NCBI GenBank assembly: GCA_044220955.1
Contig: JBGAQA010000002.1
Coordinates: 96,001-160,000 of the forward strand
Source of the DNA: Sandaracinaceae bacterium
GTDB taxonomy: Bacteria > Myxococcota_A > Polyangia > Polyangiales > Sandaracinaceae
Direction of reading: 5' to 3'
Length of the DNA stretch: 64,000 nucleotides
Shown here piece by piece: positions 18,554 to 27,643 of the stretch. Below the pieces are notes generated by a model. It made no database searches. It had not been told where the DNA came from and saw nothing but the letters and a program-made list of their open reading frames with translations. Every line of letters starts with the position of its first letter. Within the stretch, counting starts at the first letter, position 1. The position numbers and the translations under genes were made by a program.

Positions 18554-20443
18554 ATGAAGCGCCTCGCCGTCTTCGCCTGCTCTTGCTGCCTCGCCCTCGC
18601 CTCGGCTGCCTGCGACCCCAGCGCCCCGACGGCGGGGCCGCGCACCTGCACGACGCAGGGCGACTGCCGCACCGGGCAGGTCTGCATCGACGGGCACTGC
18701 GCGGCGCCGTCCGACGCGGGACCGATGCGGCCCGACGCCCCCTTCGTCCCGACCGACACCGGCCCGCCCAACGACGCCGACACCGCGCCGCGCTGCGGCG
18801 ACGGGCGTGTGCGCGTCGGCGAGGAGTGCGACGACCACGACCTCGACCCCGGCGACGGCTGCGACGCCACCTGCCACCTCGAGCCGAACTTCGTCTGCCC
18901 GACGCCCGGCGACCCCTGCGTGTCGACCATCGTCTGCGGCGACGGCACGCTGAGCCCGACCGAGACCTGCGACGACCACAACGTCGCGCCCGGCGACGGA
19001 TGCGGCGCGGACTGCCAGCGCGAGCCGGGCTGGACGTGCATGAACGTGGGCCTGCCGTGCACCGCGACGGCCTGCGGCGACGGCGTCGTCGCCGGCACCG
19101 AGGACTGCGAGGACGGCGACGCGACGCCCGCGGGCGGCGACGGATGCGACGCCGCGTGCCACTTCGAGGAGGGCTTCGCGTGCGGCGCGGCGGGCACGGC
19201 CTGCACCGCGGTGGTCTGTGGCAACGGCACGCGCGAGGGCACCGAGCAGTGCGACGACGCGAACCACGACCTCGGCGACGGGTGCGATCCCTTCTGCCAC
19301 CGCGAGCCCATGTGCACGGACGGCACGTGCTCGAGCGTGTGCGGCGACGGGGTGATCCTGCCCGGCGAGGCGTGCGACGACGGCAACCTGCGCGACGGCG
19401 ACGGCTGTGATCACGCGTGCGCCGTGGAGATGGGCTTCACGTGCATGCCGTCCGGCGCCGTGGAGCCCGGCTCGGTGGCGATCCCGATCGTGTACCGCGA
19501 CTTCCGCGGCAACGACCTGAGCGGCGGGCACATCGACTTCGAGAACGCGGGCGGAGACGACCGCGGCATCGCGGCTCCGACGCTCGACTCGGCGCACAAG
19601 CCCGCGTACGCGCACGCCGGCAGCACCACGTCGACGACGCACGGCGAGGGCGCGTACCGGCAGTGGTACCGCGACACGGCAGGCACGAACGTCACGATCG
19701 TCGACCGGCTCACGCTCGCCCGCACGGCGCCGGGCACCTACGTCTTCGACGACGGCGACTTCTTCCCGCTCGACGGCCTCGGCTTCGTCGCGATGGGCAC
19801 GGAGCCCGCGCGCACGGGCGGGCACAACTTCAGCTTCACGAGCGAGCTGCGCTACTGGTTCGTGTACGCGGGCGGCGAGACGCTCACGTTCCGCGGCGAC
19901 GACGACGTGTGGGTCTTCATCAACGGCCGCCTCGCGCTCGACATCGGCGGCGTGCACGGCGCGGAGAGCGCGTCGATCACGCTGGATGCCGCCGCCGCGT
20001 CGACGCTCGGCATGCACGCGGGCGGCATCTACGAGGCCGTGGTCTTCCAGGCCGAACGTCACACCGTCGCGTCGAGCTACCAGCTCACGCTCGTCGGCTT
20101 CGACGCGAGCCACAGCGAGTGCACCTCGACGTGCGGCGACGGCCTCGTGACGCGCTTCGAGATCTGCGACGACGGCGTGAACGACGGCACGTACGGCCAC
20201 TGCCTGCCTGGCTGCCTCGGCTTCGGCCCGCGCTGCGGCGACGCGCACGTCGATACGGATCACGCGGAGGCGTGCGACGACGGCACCAACGCCGGCGGCT
20301 ACGGCCAGTGCGCGCCGGGCTGCGTGCTCGGCCCGCGCTGCGGCGACCACGTCGTGCAGACCGCGAACGGCGAGACGTGCGACGACGGGAACACGACCCC
20401 GCTCGATGGCTGCGACGCGACGTGCCAGGACGAGATCGGGTAG
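18554..20443 (+). CDS. Lipoprotein with myxobacterial Cys-rich repeats (DUF4215-like) and a fibro-slime domain
   Basis: Signal ending ASAAC; repeated CGDG...ExCDDxNxxxGDGC; fibro-slime motifs YRDF, HNFSFTSELRYWF, FRGDDDVWVFINGRLALDIGGVH, FQAERH. Confidence 0.92.
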   Translation: MKRLAVFACSCCLALASAACDPSAPTAGPRTCTTQGDCRTGQVCIDGHCAAPSDAGPMRPDAPFVPTDTGPPNDADTAPRCGDGRVRVGEECDDHDLDPGDGCDATCHLEPNFVCPTPGDPCVSTIVCGDGTLSPTETCDDHNVAPGDGCGADCQREPGWTCMNVGLPCTATACGDGVVAGTEDCEDGDATPAGGDGCDAACHFEEGFACGAAGTACTAVVCGNGTREGTEQCDDANHDLGDGCDPFCHREPMCTDGTCSSVCGDGVILPGEACDDGNLRDGDGCDHACAVEMGFTCMPSGAVEPGSVAIPIVYRDFRGNDLSGGHIDFENAGGDDRGIAAPTLDSAHKPAYAHAGSTTSTTHGEGAYRQWYRDTAGTNVTIVDRLTLARTAPGTYVFDDGDFFPLDGLGFVAMGTEPARTGGHNFSFTSELRYWFVYAGGETLTFRGDDDVWVFINGRLALDIGGVHGAESASITLDAAAASTLGMHAGGIYEAVVFQAERHTVASSYQLTLVGFDASHSECTSTCGDGLVTRFEICDDGVNDGTYGHCLPGCLGFGPRCGDAHVDTDHAEACDDGTNAGGYGQCAPGCVLGPRCGDHVVQTANGETCDDGNTTPLDGCDATCQDEIG

Positions 20444-20647
20444 GTCGCGCTCAGCGTTTCGTCGGACAAGGAGATCTCGACCGGACGGACGGGACCGCGC
20501 TCGACCGCCCAGCACCACACGCGATCACCACGCGATCACCGGCGTCACGCCCACACGCATGTCCGAAGCCTGCGCTCACCTGTCTCATCGCGGTGTCGAG
20601 GGAAACGACCGGAACGCCGGCTCTGTCCCAGAATCGTGATCGGTCAT

Positions 20648-21028
20648 TTAGAGCTTCTGAGCGTCGGGCAGCCTCGCGAGGCCGCGATCGAAGGTACCGA
20701 GGGGCAGGTGCCCGGCCTTGCGCGCGATCTCGAGGATGAGGCAGTCGGAGAAGCCGAGCGCCGGGCGCTTCTGGAAGTGCGCGAGCGCCGCGCCCACGAC
20801 GTCGGCGTCCTGGACCACGAGCGATGTGTGCTCGAGCAGCATGCGCAGCGCGGCCGCGATCTGTGCAGGGGTCCGCTCGAAGACCGAGTCGAGCACCCAC
20901 ACGGCCTCCACGAGCACGACGTGCGAGACCCAGGCGCCGGATTCGACGAACGCCTCGGCGCGGGCGACCTGTCGGGCATCGTCACGCGCGAGGAGCCGCA
21001 CCAGCACGTTCGTGTCAACGGCGCGCAC
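20648..21028 (-). CDS. vapC: PIN-domain (VapC family) toxin
   Basis: AVDTNVLVR, VLVEAVWVL, GFSDCLI, TFDRG. Confidence 0.92.
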   Translation of the reverse strand: MRAVDTNVLVRLLARDDARQVARAEAFVESGAWVSHVVLVEAVWVLDSVFERTPAQIAAALRMLLEHTSLVVQDADVVGAALAHFQKRPALGFSDCLILEIARKAGHLPLGTFDRGLARLPDAQKL

Positions 21029-21278
21029 GACGCCTCACCCGCTCGCGGATCCCTTCCTTCAGCTCCAGGAGCGAGCGCGGCGGCGGTGAGGCGTCCGGGA
21101 AGAGCACGTGATGCAGCGCCTCGGACGTGTGCCGCCCGGCACGCCGCACGACGACGGCGGTGCCGTCCTCGTCCCACTCGATCGTCGAGCCCGGCACGAG
21201 CCCGAGGCGACGCCGGACCTCCGCGGGAACCGAGACCTGCCCCTGGGCCGTGATCCGCGACTGCGCGAGCTTCATCAT
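21015..21278 (-). CDS. AbrB/MazE/SpoVT-family antitoxin
   Basis: SRITAQGQVSVPAEVRRRLGLVPGSTIEW; overlaps the toxin start by 14 nt. Confidence 0.92.
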   Translation of the reverse strand: MMKLAQSRITAQGQVSVPAEVRRRLGLVPGSTIEWDEDGTAVVVRRAGRHTSEALHHVLFPDASPPPRSLLELKEGIRERVRRRARR

Positions 21279-21366
21279 CCACCAAGTACCACGGTAACGT
21301 GTCGCGTTCCAGGCTGGTGATGCGTCCGCCATCGGGGCCGGAGTCGTCGCGGTCCGGCTGGGGACT

Positions 21367-21466
21367 TCGCTCTCGCTCTCGCTCTCGCTCTCGCTCTCGC
21401 TCTCGCTCTCGCTCTCGCTCTCGCTCTCGCTCTCGCTCTCGCTCTCGACCTCGCTCTCGCTCTCGC
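21367..21466. repeat. (TCTCGC)n hexanucleotide microsatellite, about 16 units with one interruption
   Basis: 12 perfect units at 21371-21442, a TCGACC interruption, then more units; intergenic between divergent genes. Confidence 0.95.
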
Positions 21467-21481
21467 GCTACGCTCTCTCCC

Positions 21482-22054
21482 ATGCGCCTCCTCGCCCTCG
21501 CGCTCGCGCTCGCCTCCGTTTCCTCCCTCGCCTCCGCGCAGGCCACGCTGACCTACGAGCAGCGCATCCGGCAGGCGACCGAGGGCATCGCGCACGGCGA
21601 CCGCGCGGCGGCGATGGCGTCGCTCCGCACGGCGATCGCGGACGCGCCGTCCCGCCCCGACGCGCACTGCATCCTCGCGGAGGGCTACCGCGTGCAGAGC
21701 GACTTCACCGCCTCGCTCGACAACTTCCAGACGTGCCTTCGCTTCGCGCGCGAGGAGGACAACCTCCTCTACATCGCGCGCGCGCTGCACGGCGTCGCCT
21801 CCTGCTACGAGCGCATGCCCGAGCACCTCACCGACGCGCGCACCGCGTGGATGGAGTACGCGCACTTCGCCGACGGCGCGAGCCGCGTCGCGAGCGCGAG
21901 CGAGGGCCGCGAGCGCGTGCAGGCCATCGACGTCGCGGGCGAGCAGGAGCACGTCTACGTCGACGTCCGCGCCCGCATCGCCGAGCGCGAGCGCATCGCC
22001 CGCGAGGCGCCGCCGCCCGCACCGCCCTCACCGCCCCGCGGCGGCCGGCGCTGA
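21482..22054 (+). CDS. Secreted TPR-like protein
   Basis: Signal MRLLALALALASVSSLASAQ; helical repeats (PDAHCILAEGYR, ARALHGVASCYE). Confidence 0.8.
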   Translation: MRLLALALALASVSSLASAQATLTYEQRIRQATEGIAHGDRAAAMASLRTAIADAPSRPDAHCILAEGYRVQSDFTASLDNFQTCLRFAREEDNLLYIARALHGVASCYERMPEHLTDARTAWMEYAHFADGASRVASASEGRERVQAIDVAGEQEHVYVDVRARIAERERIAREAPPPAPPSPPRGGRR

Positions 22055-22090
22055 CGCGCCGGGCCCCTGGATGCGGGTTATCATTCTCCC

Positions 22091-22672
22091 GTGGGCGCAC
22101 GCGACGCGAGGAAGATGACCTACGACCAGTACCTCGCGCTCGTCGAGTCCAGCGAGACGAAGTACGAGTACGTGAACGGCGAGGCGTTCTCGATGGCCGG
22201 CGGCACGCCGCGTCACTCGGCGATCTGCGCGAACGTCGGCGGCGCGCTCTGGACGGCCCTGCGGGGCAAGCCATGTCGCGCGTACCAGAGTGACCTGCGC
22301 GTGCGCGTCGAGGCCACTGGTCTCTCCACGTATCCCGACGTCACCATCGTCTGCGGACCAGTCGAGACGTCACCGAAGGATCGCCTCGCCGCGATCAACC
22401 CGCGCGTGATCATCGAGGTCACGAGCGAGGCGACCGAGGCCTTCGACCGAGGAGGCAAGTTCCAGCACTACCAGTCGATCTCTTCGCTGAGCGACTACCT
22501 CGTCGTCAGCTCCGATCGCGTGCGCATCGATCACTACCGGCGCCAGGGTGACGGGAGCTGGCTGCTGAGCCCCATCGGCCCCGTCGCGCCGAGGGCGACG
22601 CGCATCGACCCCATCGAGGCGACGCTCGCGCTCGACGACGTCTACGCTCAGCTCGACGACGCGCCCGTCTGA
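22091..22672 (+). CDS. Uma2/DUF820 family putative endonuclease
   Basis: KYEYVNGEAFSMAGGTPRH, YPDVTIVCG, PRVIIEVTS, DRGGKFQHY. Confidence 0.93.
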   Translation: MGARDARKMTYDQYLALVESSETKYEYVNGEAFSMAGGTPRHSAICANVGGALWTALRGKPCRAYQSDLRVRVEATGLSTYPDVTIVCGPVETSPKDRLAAINPRVIIEVTSEATEAFDRGGKFQHYQSISSLSDYLVVSSDRVRIDHYRRQGDGSWLLSPIGPVAPRATRIDPIEATLALDDVYAQLDDAPV

Positions 22673-22723
22673 TCCGCCCGACGCCGGATTCGCCGCTCGT
22701 TTTGGTGCGTGCTAGATCGACCC

Positions 22724-23830
22724 ATGGCACAGCAGAATCACGAGCTGCCGCTCACCTTCTTCGAGCGGCTCCCCAAGACGGACCTCCACGTCCACCTCGA
22801 CGGCTCGCTCCGCCTCGAGACCATCCTCGAGCTCGCCGACCGCGACGGCGTGACGCTCCCGGGCAAGACGCCCGACGAGCTCAAGCGCGCGATGCACTGC
22901 GGCGAGAACACGGGCTCGCTCGTCGAGTACCTCAAGGCCTTCGACGTCACGCTGCAGGTGCTGCAGAACGAAGACTCGCTCGTCCGCGCCGCCCGCGAGC
23001 TGGGCGAGGACGCCGCCCGCGAGAACGTCCGCTACATGGAGGTGCGCTACGCGCCGATGCTGCACACCCGAAAGGGACTGCGCCTGACCGCCGTGGTGGA
23101 GGCCGTCCTCGAGGGCCTCTGGCAGGCCAAGGAGCGCGTCGGGATCGACAGCAACGTGATCCTCTGCGGGATCCGGAACATCTCGCCCGAGAGCTCGCTC
23201 GAGATGGCGCAGCTCGCCGTCGCCTACAAGGGACGCGGCGTCGTCGCCTTCGACCTCGCCGGCGCCGAGTACGACCACCCGCCCAAGCACCACCTGCCGG
23301 CGTTCCAGCTCGTGCGCGACAACAACATCAACGTCACGATCCACGCGGGCGAGGCCTACGGGCCCGCGTCGATCCACCAGGCGATCCACCAGTGCGGCGC
23401 GCACCGCATCGGCCACGGCTGCCGCCTCCGCGAGGACGGCGATCTGCTCCGCTACGTGAACGACCACCGCATCACGCTCGAGTGCTGCCCCAGCTCGAAC
23501 GTGCAGACCGGCGCGGTCCGCGATCTCGCGTCGCACCCGCTCAAGCTCTATCACGACCTCGGCGTGCGGGTGACGATCAACACGGACAATCGGCTCATCA
23601 CCGACACGACCGTGAGCAAGGAGCTCTGGCTCTGCCACACGCAGATGGGCATGGGCCTGCCGGAGATCGGCCACATGATCCTCAACGGCTTCAAGGCCGC
23701 GTTCCTCCCCTTCCACCAGAAGCAGGCGTGGGTGCGACGCATCAACCGGGAGCTGGGACAGACGATCGCCGAGCAGACGGGGCAGGCGGCGATGTCGAGC
23801 CCCGGGATGGTCGTCGCCGCGAAGGCGTGA
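22724..23830 (+). CDS. add: Adenosine deaminase
   Basis: LPKTDLHVHLDGS, TIHAGE, RIGHG, ECCPSSN, INTDN. Confidence 0.95.
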   Translation: MAQQNHELPLTFFERLPKTDLHVHLDGSLRLETILELADRDGVTLPGKTPDELKRAMHCGENTGSLVEYLKAFDVTLQVLQNEDSLVRAARELGEDAARENVRYMEVRYAPMLHTRKGLRLTAVVEAVLEGLWQAKERVGIDSNVILCGIRNISPESSLEMAQLAVAYKGRGVVAFDLAGAEYDHPPKHHLPAFQLVRDNNINVTIHAGEAYGPASIHQAIHQCGAHRIGHGCRLREDGDLLRYVNDHRITLECCPSSNVQTGAVRDLASHPLKLYHDLGVRVTINTDNRLITDTTVSKELWLCHTQMGMGLPEIGHMILNGFKAAFLPFHQKQAWVRRINRELGQTIAEQTGQAAMSSPGMVVAAKA

Positions 23831-23995
23831 CGCCGGGGGGAATTCCGGACGCGCGGAGCGCGTAGAACGTCGCCCCGTCGGAGCGGTGAGCTTCGCCCGG
23901 TGCCGGCCCGGTGCCCGGCGTTCGCTCACGCCCGTCTGTTTTGCTTCGCGCGCGGGACGCTGTAGGATCCGCCGCAATCTTCGGAGGATCCTCGC

Positions 23996-24949
23996 ATGCG
24001 CCCATCGCTTCGTGCCGCCTTCCTGGTTCTCGCTGCCTCGTGGCTCGTGCTCCCCGTCGCGCGCGCGCAGACGCTCGAAGAAGAGCAGGCGAGCCAGACG
24101 ACGACCACCACCACCACCAGCTCGGCCACGACCGTCGACTCGGGCCACCAGCTCGGCGACGACCAGGCGGCGATGGAGGAGGAGCACCCCCGACCTCAGA
24201 GCGACGACGGCATCACGGCGGTCTACGACGAGACGAACCGCGACTACTTCTCGTTCGGCTTCCTCGCGCGCGGCGTGGTCGTGCCGGACTTCATGATCAA
24301 CGCGTTCGTCTCGTACCGCGGCAGCAACGCGCTCAACGCGGGCATGGGCGGCTACTTCGCCTGGCGCCGCAACGGCTTCAACGTGATGGCGGAGGTCTGG
24401 TACCTCGGCTTCGGCGCGCAGGGCTACTACCACGGCATCAGCGCGGCCGACATCGAGACCGAGTACGTGAACGCGCAGCTCGGCGCGGTCTTCGGCAACT
24501 TCGTGTTCCAGTGGGCGATCCCGGTCACGCCCTGGTTCGCGATCGACATCGGCCTCGGCCTCGGCCTGGGGGGCATCACGGGCAACATCTACCGCCAGGA
24601 GGCGTACCCGAACGCGGGCGCGCAGTACGGCTACTCGATGTGCCAGGGCGTCGGCATGCCCAACGCCGCGTACTGCGACGGTCCGCTGGAGCGCCCCGGC
24701 CCGGGCGGGCGGCTCGACAGCTCGCGCCAGATGGGCGGCACCTACCAGATCCAGAACGGCGGCGCGCCCGGCACCGGGCCGAACCCGTTCTACTTCGGCG
24801 ACGGAGGCGTGCCCCCGATGTTCGGGTGGATCGACCTGCCGCGCGTCACCGCGCGCTTCACGCCGATCCGCCAGCTCCAGATCCGCGTGGACCTCAGCTA
24901 CAACATCTACGGCTTCGGGTTCGGCGGCTCGCTCGGCTACCAGATCTGA
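23996..24949 (+). CDS. Putative outer-membrane beta-barrel protein
   Basis: Signal peptide, alternating aromatic beta strands, C-terminal GFGFGGSLGYQI; one long loop with a Cys pair. Confidence 0.7.
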   Translation: MRPSLRAAFLVLAASWLVLPVARAQTLEEEQASQTTTTTTTSSATTVDSGHQLGDDQAAMEEEHPRPQSDDGITAVYDETNRDYFSFGFLARGVVVPDFMINAFVSYRGSNALNAGMGGYFAWRRNGFNVMAEVWYLGFGAQGYYHGISAADIETEYVNAQLGAVFGNFVFQWAIPVTPWFAIDIGLGLGLGGITGNIYRQEAYPNAGAQYGYSMCQGVGMPNAAYCDGPLERPGPGGRLDSSRQMGGTYQIQNGGAPGTGPNPFYFGDGGVPPMFGWIDLPRVTARFTPIRQLQIRVDLSYNIYGFGFGGSLGYQI

Positions 24950-25008
24950 CGCCGACCGCCGCTCGCGAGGAAGGCAGGAGGCAGCGATGCTCTCCCGCCT
25001 CTTCGCTT

Positions 25009-25524
25009 TCAGCGGCCCACGATCGCGATCAGCTCGACGTCGAAGACCAGCATCCCGCGCGGCCCGCCCCTCGAGTGGCCGTAGGCGAGCGACTCCGGGA
25101 TCCAGAAGCGGCGCACCTCGCCGACGCTCATCAGCTGCAGGCCCTCGGTCCAGCCGGGGATGAGCGCGTCGACCGGGAACGTCGTCGGCTCGCCGCGCGG
25201 GTGCGAGCTGTCGAACATCTGCCCGTCCGTGGTCCAGCCCGTGTAGTGCACGGTCACGCGGTCGTGCAGGTCGGGGCGCGCGTTGCCGTCGCCCGGCCGC
25301 AGCACGCACCAGCGCAGGCCCGAGAGGCTGCGGCGGGCGCGCTCGGGTGGCGCGGCGACGTCGGCCGGCGCGCGCGTAGGATCGGCGGTCGGATCCCAGC
25401 TCGTGCACGGCGCCGGCGTCGTGGCCACGTGCTCGTCGGACGCCTGCATCACCGGCTGCGGCGCCGGGCGTGCGCCGCACGCGCAGAGAGCGCAGAGGGC
25501 GCCGACGAGAGCCAGCGCCCTCAC
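25009..25524 (-). CDS. FKBP-type peptidyl-prolyl isomerase (lipoprotein)
   Basis: VTVHYTGW, FDSS, LIPGWTEGLQLM, IPESLAYG, LVFDVEL; GTG start overlaps the glgA stop (GTGA). Confidence 0.92.
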   Translation of the reverse strand: MRALALVGALCALCACGARPAPQPVMQASDEHVATTPAPCTSWDPTADPTRAPADVAAPPERARRSLSGLRWCVLRPGDGNARPDLHDRVTVHYTGWTTDGQMFDSSHPRGEPTTFPVDALIPGWTEGLQLMSVGEVRRFWIPESLAYGHSRGGPRGMLVFDVELIAIVGR

Positions 25525-26978
25525 GACAGGAGCGCCCGGTACACGTCCACGTACTTCTGCGCCTGCTTCGGCCAGCCCAGCTGCGCGCGCATGCCGTTCG
25601 CCTGGATCTCGCGGAAGCGGTCGCGATCGCCCCCCGCGCCACTGCCCCAGAGCTCGAGCGCGTACTCCGTCGCCCAGCGCAGGCCGCGCGCGTCGAAGTG
25701 ATCGAATGTCACGCCGTTGCCGTCCGAGCCGCGCCCGCGGAAGAGCGTCACCGTGTCGGCGAGCCCGCCCGTCTTGTGCACGATGGGCACCGTCCCGTAG
25801 CGAAGGCTGTACATCTGGTTCAGGCCGCAGGGCTCGTAGCGCGAGGGCATGAGGAACATGTCCGCGCCCGCCTCGATGAGGTGCGCCATCGGCTCGCTGA
25901 ACGCCCGCACGAAGCGTGCCTTGTGCGAGTACTGGGCCTGAAGGCGCGCGAAGAGCTGCTCGTAGCGCGACTCGCCCGTGCCGAGCACGACGAGCTGCAC
26001 GTCGTGGCGCCCGAGCACGCCCGGGAGCACCGGCTCGCAGAGGTCGAAGCCCTTCTGCCACGCGAGACGCGACACGATGCCGATCACGGGCGCGCGCGGG
26101 TGGTAGGGCAGCCCCACCTGCTGGAGCAGCGCGCGCTTGTTCACCTCTTTTCCCTGCCAGTCACCGCTGCCGTAGCGCTGCGGGATCAGCCGATCGCGCT
26201 CGGGGCTCCACTCGTCCTCGTCGATGCCGTTGAGGATCCCGACGACGCCGGGGCCGCGGTTCCGCAGGAAAGGATCCATCCCCACGCCGTGCTCAGGCGT
26301 CATGATCTCGCGCGCGTACGTCGGGCTCACCGTCGTGATCGCGTCGGCGTAGAGCACGCCGTGGAGCATGAAGTTGACCTTGCCCTCCTTGAGGAGGTCT
26401 TGGTGGAAGTTCGACGCGATCTCGGCGAGCCCGGTGTCGGGCAGGACGCTCGCGGCGAAGCTGCCCTGGTAGCCGATGTTGTGGATGGTGAAGACGGTCT
26501 TGGTGCGATCGAACAGGCGATCCCAGCGCAGCGCGGTCTTCACGATCAGCGGCATGAGCGCCGTCTGCCAGTCGTGCGCGTGCACGATCTCCGGCGGCCA
26601 GCCCCAGGCCTGGCACGTCTTGAGCGCGGCCCACGAGAGCACGCAGAAGCGCAGGTGCTCGTCCGGGTCGGTGGTGTAGATCGACGGGCGGTCGAAGAGC
26701 TCGGGGCAGACGACGAAGTAGCAGGGGACGTCGGTGCCCGGGAAGTGGCACGTCGCGATGCCGAAGCGGACCCGCCGGCCGCCCAGCTCCACCGAGAGCT
26801 CGGGGAACACCCAGCTCAGGGGCTTGGCCTTCTCGCGCGACTTCGCATACAGCGGCACGAACACGCGCACGTCGTGGCCGAGCGCGCGCAGGTGCTTGGG
26901 GAGCGCGCCGCACACGTCGCCGAGACCACCGGTCTTGGCGAAGGGCGCGACCTCGGAGGAGACGAAGAGGACTCGCAC
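25521..26978 (-). CDS. glgA: Glycogen synthase
   Basis: SEVAPFAKTGGLGDV, HAHDWQT, FTIHNIGYQG, MPSRYEPCGLNQMYSLRYGT. Confidence 0.97.
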   Translation of the reverse strand: MRVLFVSSEVAPFAKTGGLGDVCGALPKHLRALGHDVRVFVPLYAKSREKAKPLSWVFPELSVELGGRRVRFGIATCHFPGTDVPCYFVVCPELFDRPSIYTTDPDEHLRFCVLSWAALKTCQAWGWPPEIVHAHDWQTALMPLIVKTALRWDRLFDRTKTVFTIHNIGYQGSFAASVLPDTGLAEIASNFHQDLLKEGKVNFMLHGVLYADAITTVSPTYAREIMTPEHGVGMDPFLRNRGPGVVGILNGIDEDEWSPERDRLIPQRYGSGDWQGKEVNKRALLQQVGLPYHPRAPVIGIVSRLAWQKGFDLCEPVLPGVLGRHDVQLVVLGTGESRYEQLFARLQAQYSHKARFVRAFSEPMAHLIEAGADMFLMPSRYEPCGLNQMYSLRYGTVPIVHKTGGLADTVTLFRGRGSDGNGVTFDHFDARGLRWATEYALELWGSGAGGDRDRFREIQANGMRAQLGWPKQAQKYVDVYRALLS

Positions 26979-27028
26979 GGCGAGAAGGATACGGCAGGCC
27001 AGAGCGCAGCTGGCGAGCTTTGCGGGCG

Positions 27029-27601
27029 TCAGGGACCCGCGTCGGCGCCGTCGAGACCGCCGGCGTCCACGAAGGCCGCCCCGCTCGGAGCGGTGACGAT
27101 CTCCACCTCACCGAGGGCGTCGACTCCGTCGCCGGTCACGCGGGCCCGGATCAAGAGCCGCTGGCCCGGCATCTCGTTCCAGCCGAGCTGATCGAAGATG
27201 GGCCCGTCGACCAGGCGCGCGTCGAGCCGCGCGAAGAGCGCGTGCAGCGGCCCGACGCCCGGGAACTCGCCGAGGGGAGCGCGATCGGGGAGCGTGAAGT
27301 TCCACAGCGTCACGTCGAACGATGGGTCGACGCCGGGCGCGAGCGCCCCGTCGATCGCGACGGCGGGCACGATCATCACGCCGCCCTGCGGTCCGCGGAC
27401 CAGCGGGATCGCGTCGCCGTCGTGCCAGGGCGTGAAGATGGCGCCGCTCTCGCGCGTGCCGATCTCGACGCGCGGGCGTGCGGCGTCGTGACCGGCCGGC
27501 GCGGCGTCGACCGTCGAGGCGCCGGCCGGGCCCGCACACCCCGCGAGCGAGATGAGCGCCGAGAGCCAGACGTGCGCGCGGACCACGCCAGAGGATGACA
27601 C
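27029..27601 (-). CDS. Hypothetical lipoprotein
   Basis: LISLAGC lipobox; LVRGPQGG motif; start uncertain. Confidence 0.65.
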   Translation of the reverse strand: MSSSGVVRAHVWLSALISLAGCAGPAGASTVDAAPAGHDAARPRVEIGTRESGAIFTPWHDGDAIPLVRGPQGGVMIVPAVAIDGALAPGVDPSFDVTLWNFTLPDRAPLGEFPGVGPLHALFARLDARLVDGPIFDQLGWNEMPGQRLLIRARVTGDGVDALGEVEIVTAPSGAAFVDAGGLDGADAGP

Positions 27602-27643
27602 GCCGCTTTACGTGCCGCCGCATCGGCCGTATGCCTCCGCGCG

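Noticed and set aside
20644..21952. ORFs with (RE)n, (RA)n or (RS)n tracts spanning the microsatellite
   Set aside because: Translations of the hexamer repeat. They overlap the TA genes and the TPR gene, which has its own signal peptide starting at 21482.
22091..22672. Uma2 nuclease as part of a defence system with the nearby TA pair
   Set aside because: Uma2 genes are abundant solitary paralogs in myxobacteria; no methylase or other defence genes are adjacent.
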